Positions 52,667 to 60,223 of a stretch of 60,223 bases of DNA are shown piece by piece; position 1 is the stretch's first letter; every line of letters begins with the position of its first letter. Both the position numbers and the translations under genes were made by a program. The notes below the pieces were generated by a model, which made no database searches, had not been told where the DNA came from, and saw nothing but the letters and a program-made list of their open reading frames with translations. Origin of the DNA: Chrysochromulina tobinii (Eukaryota); the NCBI GenBank assembly GCA_001275005.1, contig JWZX01003339.1:1-60223 (forward strand), written 5' to 3'.

Positions 52667-55600
52667 ATGGACGCGATGGTCGATGCGCTCCGGCGCGGCG
52701 ACGAGTCCAAGGCCGTGGGCCTCATTGACAGCATCGAAGGAGCGGTCCAACTCGGGAAATGCCTGCTGATTGCTAGTGAGACAGGTCACCCTACGTGCAC
52801 GAGGCTGCTGCTCGCCGCCCACGCCGTTGTCGACCAGGCAGCCAGCAATGACGCCACGCCTCTGTACGTCGCCTGCGGCAAAGGCCACGACGGCTGCGTG
52901 CAGCTGCTGCTCGCCGCCCACGCCGCCGTCGACGAGGCAGCCAGCAACGGCGGTACGCCTCTGTATGCCGCCTGCATCAACGACCACGGCGGCTGCGTGC
53001 GGCTGCTGCTCGCCGCCCACGCGGCCATCGACCAGGCAGACCGCAACGGCGCCACGCCTCTGTACGTCGCCTGCGACAAAGACCATGGCGGCTGCGTGCG
53101 GCTGCTGCTCGCCGCCCACGCGGCCATCGACCAGGCAGCCATCAACGGCGGTTCGCCTCTGATCGCCGCCTGCATCAAGGGCCACGGCGACTGCACGCAG
53201 CTGCTGCTCGCCGCCCACGCCACCATCGACCAGGCAGACGGCAACGGCGGTACGCCTCTGTATGCCGCCTGCATCAACGACCACGGCGACTGCGTGCGGC
53301 TGCTGCTCGCCGCCCACGCGGCCATCGACCAGGCAGCCAGCAATGACGCCACGCCTCTGTACGTCGCCTGCGGCAAAGGCCACGACGGCTGCGTGCGGCT
53401 GCTGCTCGCCGCCCACGCCGCCGTCGACGAGGCAGCCAGCAACGGTGGTACACCTCTGTACGCCGCCTGCATCAAAGGCCACGGCGGCTGCGTGCGGCTG
53501 CTGCTCGCCGCCCACGCGGCCATCGATCAGGCAGACCGCAACGGCGCCACGCCTCTGTATGCCGCCTGCGGCAAAGGACACGGCGACTGCGTGCGGCTGC
53601 TGCTCGCCGCCCACGCGGCCATCGACCAGGCAGCCAGCAACGGTTGCACGCCTCTGATCGCCGCCTGCGACAAAGGCCACGACGACTGCGTGCAGCTGCT
53701 GCTCGACGCCCACGCCGACGTCGACAAGTTAACCAGTGACGGCGTCACGCCTCTGTACGCCGCCTGCATCAACGGACACGGCGGCTGCGTGCAGCTGCTG
53801 CTCGCCGCCCACGCCGTCGTCGACCAGGCAGACATCAACGGCACCACGCCACTGATCAATGCTTGTACCGCGGGCTCGATGGACATAGTCAAGCTGCTCG
53901 TGCATGCTGGCGCACGCATCGACTTGCGATCTGCTTCCGGGACAGCTCTCGATGTCGCAGAGGCTCGAGGCCACAAAGTCATCGCAAGATTCCTGCGCAG
54001 CAGGCGCCGCGCACCTGCGTCTATTCTTGCGGTCGCTCCGGTGTCGATTGCGGAGCGTGCGGCAGCCGAGCGGGCAGCCGAGCTTGCCGCTGCGGCTCTG
54101 TTGGCTGAAGAGGTGGCGGAGGGCGTGCACAAGCAGCAGGCGCAGAAGAAGAAAGCGAGCAAGAAAGCCAAAGCCAAGCAGGCAGGGGCGAGCGAGGCGA
54201 GAGCGCCAGTAGCGAGTGCGTCAGCGGCCGCGAGTGGCAGTGCCGAGGCGGACCAGGAGGTGTGGGCGGCGGCTGGCAACGAGGGCGTCGTGGGTCCCGC
54301 TCCTTCTGCCGCCGCTGACGACGTGCTGCGTGTGGCCATGGAGGCCGCGCAGTACGAGGGCTTGGTCGGTGCGATCGAGGAGCACCAAGCACTCGCAAGT
54401 GAGGGTGTTTTGGCGAAGGCGAGGGCGATGCGCGAGCGCTTGCACAAGAAGCGCAAGCAGGAGAGCCAGATGCTGCGTCGCAAGCACGCGGCGGAGATGG
54501 AGATGCAAGCCAGCCTGTCGAAGCTGTCACTGCACGAGGTCACACAGTCGCCGCCTGCCACAGGCTCAGCATCTGCAGCAGCGGCGCCAGCATCGGAGGC
54601 CCCTGAGGCACCCTCGGCGCCGCCTGCGGCCGTCGCCCTCACGCTCGCCGAGCTTGCAGCGGCGACGGACGGCTTTGGAGAGCAGAGGCTCATCGGCAGC
54701 GGCGGCTACGGCCGCGTCTTCACCGCAGATGCGCTGCCGTCGCTGCCGCTCTGGCGGCGCCACAAGCCCGTCGCCGTCAAGCGCGCCAAGTCGGGCTCGC
54801 ACGAGCTCGCCGACCTGCAGCGCGAGGTGAGTGTGCTGCAGCAGTGCAGTCACCCGCACGTGCTGCCGCTGCTCGGCTACTGTCTGGAGCACGGGGCGCC
54901 ACCGTGCCTCGTCTTCCCGCTGATGCGCGGCGGCAGCCTCGCAAATCGGCTGTGGCCGAGAGAGGCCGACCCCGAGCACTTGCGCCGCCTCGGCATCGGT
55001 GCGTCACTGAGCCCTCTGACGTGGCGCCAGCGCCTGCGCATCCTACGCCAGGCGACCGACGCGCTGCTCTACCTGCACACGCCAGTGCCTGGCGGCAAGG
55101 GTGCCGTCGTCCATCGCGACTTCAAGCCCGAGAACATCCTGCTTGACGATGAGCTCAACGCCTACCTCGCGGATACGGGCTTCGCCAAGATGGACGCCGG
55201 GCCCGAGGCGTCGAAGATGAAGAGCGTGTCGAATGCGCTCTACCTGACCCGCGGATATCTGGACCCGAGCGTGGTTGAGGGCGGCGTGTACTCGGCTATG
55301 ACGGATGGCTGGGCGCTGGGCATCACGCTGCTCGTGGCACTTACCGGCCGCTCGCCCCTGAGCATCATCACTAAGTGCGAGGAGGACTTTGATGAGGACT
55401 TTGCGGACATCGTTGCAGCACAGCTTGCTGACGCTACTGCTGGCTGGCCGCCACATGCGGTGGCGGCATTCAAGGACCTTGTCCGGTCTGCCGCTTCGGG
55501 TCTGTGCCACGGCAGTGTGCGGAAGAGGCTCACGGTAGCCGCCGCGCTGGCAACGCTCACTAGCCTGGCTAAGGAGGATGGGAGGAGTGGCACAGGCCGC

Positions 55601-56017
55601 GGCGCGCTCGACGGTTCGGTGCTTTCAAGCTCGGAACGGACTGCGAGCACAGCGGCTGGCTACGTGCCCACGCCGCTCTCGATGCAGGTGCGTGAGATGC
55701 GCAAGGGCTCTGATGCGCACAAGGGCATCAAGGACAACATGCTGCTCGCGTTCGGCAGCGTGATGTCTCGACTCGACGTCATCTATGCGGGAAAGGCGCC
55801 CGAGGGCTTTGAGGAGCGCATCAACTATTGGCATCGCGAGTGTGGCATGCGGACCGACCTGAAAGTTCGGTTGCACTCGCTCCGCATTTGGGCGAATGCC
55901 GCGCGCCATTTCGACGACGATCGGTGGCGCCGCGATGGCCCACGGGGCGAGGCGGAGGCGTCGCAGCTAGTGTCCGCGGTGAAGACGGCGCTCGAGGCGC
56001 TCGAGTGTACACGTTGA
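52667..56017 (+). CDS. Ankyrin repeat - IRAK/Pelle(RLK)-like kinase - HEPN-like domain protein
   Basis: 11 near-identical 33-aa ANK repeats plus caps; LAELAAATDGF..RLIGSGGYGRVF, VAVKR, HPHVLPLLGYC, LTWRQRLRI, VHRDFKPENILLD, ADTGFAK, TRGYLDP; C-terminal LHSLRIWANAARH. Confidence 0.88.
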   Translation: MDAMVDALRRGDESKAVGLIDSIEGAVQLGKCLLIASETGHPTCTRLLLAAHAVVDQAASNDATPLYVACGKGHDGCVQLLLAAHAAVDEAASNGGTPLYAACINDHGGCVRLLLAAHAAIDQADRNGATPLYVACDKDHGGCVRLLLAAHAAIDQAAINGGSPLIAACIKGHGDCTQLLLAAHATIDQADGNGGTPLYAACINDHGDCVRLLLAAHAAIDQAASNDATPLYVACGKGHDGCVRLLLAAHAAVDEAASNGGTPLYAACIKGHGGCVRLLLAAHAAIDQADRNGATPLYAACGKGHGDCVRLLLAAHAAIDQAASNGCTPLIAACDKGHDDCVQLLLDAHADVDKLTSDGVTPLYAACINGHGGCVQLLLAAHAVVDQADINGTTPLINACTAGSMDIVKLLVHAGARIDLRSASGTALDVAEARGHKVIARFLRSRRRAPASILAVAPVSIAERAAAERAAELAAAALLAEEVAEGVHKQQAQKKKASKKAKAKQAGASEARAPVASASAAASGSAEADQEVWAAAGNEGVVGPAPSAAADDVLRVAMEAAQYEGLVGAIEEHQALASEGVLAKARAMRERLHKKRKQESQMLRRKHAAEMEMQASLSKLSLHEVTQSPPATGSASAAAAPASEAPEAPSAPPAAVALTLAELAAATDGFGEQRLIGSGGYGRVFTADALPSLPLWRRHKPVAVKRAKSGSHELADLQREVSVLQQCSHPHVLPLLGYCLEHGAPPCLVFPLMRGGSLANRLWPREADPEHLRRLGIGASLSPLTWRQRLRILRQATDALLYLHTPVPGGKGAVVHRDFKPENILLDDELNAYLADTGFAKMDAGPEASKMKSVSNALYLTRGYLDPSVVEGGVYSAMTDGWALGITLLVALTGRSPLSIITKCEEDFDEDFADIVAAQLADATAGWPPHAVAAFKDLVRSAASGLCHGSVRKRLTVAAALATLTSLAKEDGRSGTGRGALDGSVLSSSERTASTAAGYVPTPLSMQVREMRKGSDAHKGIKDNMLLAFGSVMSRLDVIYAGKAPEGFEERINYWHRECGMRTDLKVRLHSLRIWANAARHFDDDRWRRDGPRGEAEASQLVSAVKTALEALECTR
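52800..53900 (+). repeat. 99-bp ankyrin-coding tandem array
   Basis: GCTGCTGCTCGCCGCCCACGC recurs every 99 bp. Confidence 0.95.
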
Positions 56018-56245
56018 GAGTGCTGGCGAGTGTAGCTCATCCGTACGGGTGTGCACGCAACGCGGAGGTGAGATGTTGTTGCGGGTGATGGATTTCATCG
56101 AAGGATGTATAGTTCGTTAATAACATTTCCCGGCTTGCACCGGACTCTCCCGTCTCCACCGCATACTTGACGCACAAGTGACCGGAGCATAGGCACTATC
56201 TTCACACCTGAGACCTTGTACACCTCCCACACGCACTGTACAGTT

Positions 56246-59200
56246 TCAAACTGAACCGGTAGGCCTGTTCCACGACGTCTCGCTCGTGCGCGCATTGTAG
56301 TAGTACGCGCCGGTCGGCCCCTGGGCTGCGTGCCAGTCGGGGGGCAGTTCGTTCACCCCGGGTGACGGCGGCAGGCCGGGTGGCGGCGGCAGCCCCTGAG
56401 GCATCGGCACGCACGCGGAGCGTAGGGAGGGCTGGTGGGGCAGGTACGGCTGGAGCTGCCCCTGCGTGGGCCGCTCGAGTGCCGCTTTGGAGCCCGCCGC
56501 CACCTGCGCCTGCACGTCGGCTACGTCAGCAGTATCGTCCAGTGAGAGGAAGTCCATGGCAAGCTCTGTGGTAGCCCTGTGGAAGTCCATGGCAGACTTG
56601 GACTCCAGCGCAGCCCTCTCGAAGACAGCCGCTTCGGCAATCTGCAGCTGCTTGGCGGCGGCGAACTTGGCCATCGCGGCGCGCTCGGCCGCCGTCATCG
56701 TGGTCGTCGCCGCAGCCGCAAGCGCCGTCGCTTGCTCCTCGGCCTGGTGCGCTGCCTGCTTCGCCTGAGCCGCCGCCGCGTCCGCCTGTTGCCGTCGCCC
56801 CATGGCGGCATTCGCCGCGGCTACGGCTTGACTCTCGACCAGGACCTTCTCCTCGGCGACGGCACGGGCGCTGAGACTCACCTTTTCGGCCTCGAAATAC
56901 GTGGTGGCGGCACTCTCGAGCTTTGCCTTGCCTTCGCGCGCCGCAGCCGCCGTGGCCGCCTCGGCCGAGACTTCGCCTTCGCCGACGTGCTGCGTCGTCG
57001 TCGCGCCCAATTGGGGCTTCACCCATGTCGTCTCACCCGTGCCCTTATTCACATAGTACGTGCCGCTCGACGGGTTGTGAACCTCCTCCCACCCCTCCTC
57101 GAGAGCGCCTCGGAGGGGGGGGGACGCCGTCGCGCTTGCCGCCTCCACCTCGGCCGCCGCTACGGCGCTCGCCGCCTCGGCCGCCTTGGTCGCCGCATCC
57201 GCTTGCACAGCGTATTGGGCCGAGGCGCTCGCTTTCGCAAGGGCGCTTGTCATCGCCTCGTACGCGTGCTGCGCAAGGGCGGCGCACCGTGACTCCTCAT
57301 GCGCCGCCTGCTCAGCCTTTGCCTTTGCCTTTGCCGCCGCCGCCTGCGCCGCTTGTGCCGTTTCGTATGCGGTGGCGTAGGCCGCATTCGCTCGTTCAAC
57401 CGCCGCCCTGAACTCTTCGGGTTGGGGCAAGGGCTTGATGGGGCGCTCCCAGACCGTTTCATCGGTCGTTTGGTTGCAATAGTACACCCCCTGCGGTGAG
57501 CGCACCTCTTGCCATCCCTCGCGCATCGTCGTGAATGGTTCAGCGGCGATGCGGGCTTCGGCCTCCTTGGCTGCGAGCTCAGCTTGTTTGGCTTGCTCCG
57601 CGACGGCGCGAGCCTGCGCCGCCGCCTGCGCCGCCTGCGCCACCTTCTGATCTGCCTCAGCCCCCGCCGTCCTTGCCGCTTGCACCGCCTGCTCCAGCCG
57701 AGCCTCCTCCTGCGCCGCGGCCGCCGCCTTTTGCTGCGCCTCGGTCGCCGCCTGCACCGCTGCGACTGCACGGCCGTTGGCTTCCGCTGCGGCGTTCGAC
57801 GCACGCTTCACGTTCGCCTCCGCCTCAGCTGCGGTCGGGGCGGGCTGCGTCGGCTTCTCCCAGGCCGTCTCGCCCGACGAGGGGTTGAAGTAGTACGTGC
57901 CACTCGGCCCAGCGACGATCTGCCACCCGTGGGCAAGGACCATCAGAGACGACTTCTCCGCTTGAGCCACGCTCTCGCTAAACTGGCGCTCCATCGACGC
58001 GGCGTGCTCCGCAGCGGCGCGGGCCTGATCGACCGCGCTTGTCGCCTGCTGCACTTTCGCCTCGAGCTGCTCAAGGTGAAGCCGCCCCGCCTGCGCTGCC
58101 TGCGCAAGCCTCGCCTCCGCCGCCGCCGCTGCCTCTGCCGCTTGGCGCGCGTCGCGTGCCTGGTGAGTCTTGGCTGCCGCCACCTTGGCAGCCTCCTCAA
58201 ATCGAAAACGAGTCGCCTGCAGCATCGAGTCTGCCTCAGCCGCGGTGGGTGCCTGGACCAAAGGAGGCTCCCACGTCGTCTCTCCCGAGGTTCGATGCGA
58301 AAAGTACACCCCCTGCGGCCCTCGCATCTCCTCCCACCCATTCGCGAGGATCTTCAGTGGCGTCGACGCCGCCTGCGCCGCCTGCGCCTCCCGTGCCCTC
58401 AGGGACGCCACTTGCGCCTTGGCCGCCTCCCTCGCCCTGTCGGCCATCTCCGCGTTCTGAACCGCCTCGTACATCTTCGCTTGGGCATTCCCGAGGGTCG
58501 ACTCGATGCGGCGCACCGCCTCCGCCATCTGTGCCTCCTCCTGAGCCGCTGTGCTCGCCGCGTGCGTCGCCTGCGCGAGCGACGCCGTCGCAATCTGCAG
58601 CCTCTGCTCCGACGCCGCGACAGACGCCGCCGCCACGGCGCCGTCCTTGAGAGACGCGCCGCCGCCGCCGCCGCCATCCTCCGTGGGCACTTGCCAGCTG
58701 GTCCGAGCGCTCGCCGCATGCGCGTAGTATGTGCCGCCGCTCGCTGGATCCACAAGGGCCCTCCAGCCTGGAGGTAGCGCGACCGGCCTCTCCCAGGCCG
58801 TCTGGGCACTCGCCGCGTGGTAGTAGTATGTCCCTTTCCCACTCGGGTCGGTCGCCTCTTGCCACCCCTCCGGCAGCCCGCCAGCAGCGCCAGCGGCGCC
58901 AGCGGCGCTCAGGTCGGGTCGGGGTGGACCAGGCCGCGCCGCCTGCGCCGCCTGCGCCTTCTCAAGCTGCTTCTGGGAGCAAGCCTCACTCGCCGCGCGC
59001 GCCTCTGCCACTGCTGTCAGCCTCGCCTCTTCTGCCTTTGGCACCCTCGCCCTCGCCGTCTCGTACTGTGTGCGCGCCATCTCGAGCGTCGACTGTGCCT
59101 CGGCCACCTCGGCTCTTGCGGCCGCCGCCGTCTGCTCCCAGGCCTGCTGCAACTCGCTCGCGGCCTGCACCTGTGCCGACGCGGATGCGATCGCCTGCGC

Positions 59201-60043
59201 GATCTCCCGCTGCGAGCTCTCCTGCCCCTGCTGCGCCTTGGCGAGCGCCGCGGCTGTCTGCTCCGCCGCGTCGGTCTCAACGGCCGCCTTCCGGGCGGCG
59301 CCCGCGGCGACGGATGCATGCGTGTCTGCCAGTGCGGCAGCTTCGGCGGCGGCTCGGGAGGTGGTGGCCGCCGCCTGATGCCGCGCCTGCAGCATGTCGA
59401 GCTCCGCGCGCGCCGTGCGCGCCGCCTCCGCCTCCGTCTGAGCCTGACGCTCCCATGCCTGGATCGATTCGCGCGCGGTTCGAAGGTCACTCGCCGAGCG
59501 CTCTTGCTGCTGGCGCTGCGCCTGTACCTGCTGTGATGCCTCGAGCTTCGCCGCTTCGAGCGTAACGGCAATCTGCTTGGCCGCGTCCCGCTCAGCCACG
59601 GCGGCCTCCGCGGCGGCCGACTCCAGGCGCGCCCTCTCCGCCGTCGACTTGGCGAGCTGATCCGCCGCCGCGCGCTCCCGAGAGGCCCGATCACGAGCCT
59701 CGATCAACGAGCCCATCATGGCGCGTGACGCGTCCGCCGCCGACGCCTCCTCGGCCGCCCGCTGCTCCCATGCATGACTCACCGCCACCGCCTTGGTCGC
59801 CTCCTGCGCCGCCGCCGCCGCCCTCCGCTGCTTCGCCTCCTGTGCGGCCTTGGCTTGGGCCTCTGCGTGCTCGAGGAGCTGCAGCGCGGATTGGGCGGCC
59901 TCGACGGCCTGGTGGGCCACGAGGGCCGCCTGTGCGGCCGCCTGCTCCTCCGCCTGCGCCGACTCCACCTGCGCCTCAGCCCGCTGCCTTGCGGCGGTCG
60001 CTTGCTCGTACTTCGTCGTCGCGGGGCCGTAGTCCTCACGCAG
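56246..60043 (-). CDS. Ala/Gln/Glu-rich coiled-coil protein with seven WW domains (5' exon or exons probably outside the window)
   Basis: Seven GW..x..G..YY.....T.WE.P motifs; acceptor CTCGCAG|CTG places the exon start at 60043; upstream purine-biased repeat region looks intronic. Confidence 0.85.
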   Translation of the reverse strand: MREDYGPATTKYEQATAARQRAEAQVESAQAEEQAAAQAALVAHQAVEAAQSALQLLEHAEAQAKAAQEAKQRRAAAAAQEATKAVAVSHAWEQRAAEEASAADASRAMMGSLIEARDRASRERAAADQLAKSTAERARLESAAAEAAVAERDAAKQIAVTLEAAKLEASQQVQAQRQQQERSASDLRTARESIQAWERQAQTEAEAARTARAELDMLQARHQAAATTSRAAAEAAALADTHASVAAGAARKAAVETDAAEQTAAALAKAQQGQESSQREIAQAIASASAQVQAASELQQAWEQTAAAARAEVAEAQSTLEMARTQYETARARVPKAEEARLTAVAEARAASEACSQKQLEKAQAAQAARPGPPRPDLSAAGAAGAAGGLPEGWQEATDPSGKGTYYYHAASAQTAWERPVALPPGWRALVDPASGGTYYAHAASARTSWQVPTEDGGGGGGASLKDGAVAAASVAASEQRLQIATASLAQATHAASTAAQEEAQMAEAVRRIESTLGNAQAKMYEAVQNAEMADRAREAAKAQVASLRAREAQAAQAASTPLKILANGWEEMRGPQGVYFSHRTSGETTWEPPLVQAPTAAEADSMLQATRFRFEEAAKVAAAKTHQARDARQAAEAAAAAEARLAQAAQAGRLHLEQLEAKVQQATSAVDQARAAAEHAASMERQFSESVAQAEKSSLMVLAHGWQIVAGPSGTYYFNPSSGETAWEKPTQPAPTAAEAEANVKRASNAAAEANGRAVAAVQAATEAQQKAAAAAQEEARLEQAVQAARTAGAEADQKVAQAAQAAAQARAVAEQAKQAELAAKEAEARIAAEPFTTMREGWQEVRSPQGVYYCNQTTDETVWERPIKPLPQPEEFRAAVERANAAYATAYETAQAAQAAAAKAKAKAEQAAHEESRCAALAQHAYEAMTSALAKASASAQYAVQADAATKAAEAASAVAAAEVEAASATASPPLRGALEEGWEEVHNPSSGTYYVNKGTGETTWVKPQLGATTTQHVGEGEVSAEAATAAAAREGKAKLESAATTYFEAEKVSLSARAVAEEKVLVESQAVAAANAAMGRRQQADAAAAQAKQAAHQAEEQATALAAAATTTMTAAERAAMAKFAAAKQLQIAEAAVFERAALESKSAMDFHRATTELAMDFLSLDDTADVADVQAQVAAGSKAALERPTQGQLQPYLPHQPSLRSACVPMPQGLPPPPGLPPSPGVNELPPDWHAAQGPTGAYYYNARTSETSWNRPTGSV

Positions 60044-60223
60044 CTGCGAGGGAGGGAAGGGGTGGGGAATCGGGTGAGGGAAGGGGTGGGGAATCGGGTG
60101 CGGGAAGGGGTGGGGTTCGGGTGCGGGCTTTCGGGACGAGTGTGCACGGGGTGGTGCTGGTCGTCTTCCATGGATCGGTGTGTGGATCGGTGTTGTGGAA
60201 GGTGGGAGGGCAGAGGCGGGGGG

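Noticed and set aside
52649..53713. Minus-strand repeat ORF over the ankyrin array
   Set aside because: Antisense shadow of the ANK repeats.
60046..60130. G-rich repeats as telomere
   Set aside because: 24-bp units unlike TTAGGG-type repeats; they lie next to a splice acceptor and are probably intronic.

Overview
GC-rich, gene-dense eukaryotic DNA with spliceosomal GT-AG and GC-AG introns, most likely from a haptophyte alga (Chrysochromulina-like; inferred from composition, intron style and gene content). About 20 protein-coding genes and no recognisable rRNA, tRNA, CRISPR array or transposase. Housekeeping genes include Sec24-like, atypical E2F/DEL, TrmB, arylsulfatase, VPS10/sortilin, gamma-tubulin, a CENP-C candidate, a sirtuin, TPA1/OGFOD1, a GT31 galactosyltransferase, a membrane RING E3 and an S28 peptidase. 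The most unusual items are: (1) an ankyrin-array / IRAK-Pelle-like kinase / HEPN-like protein with the domain order of RNase L; (2) a single-chain Skp1 / F-box / LRR protein whose LRR array is a mosaic of cassettes joined at a shared 11-nt sequence; (3) an EF-hand / HET(TIR-related)-like / ankyrin gene flanked by direct repeats, next to a myristoylation-type sirtuin; (4) a 2,300-aa protein with 13 paired Sfi1-like centrin-binding repeats and C-terminal EF-hands; (5) a type II membrane protein of more than 1,700 aa that the ORF track missed; and (6) Introner-like sequences shared between introns of unrelated genes. All domain calls come from motif recognition by eye and need HMM or structure confirmation.
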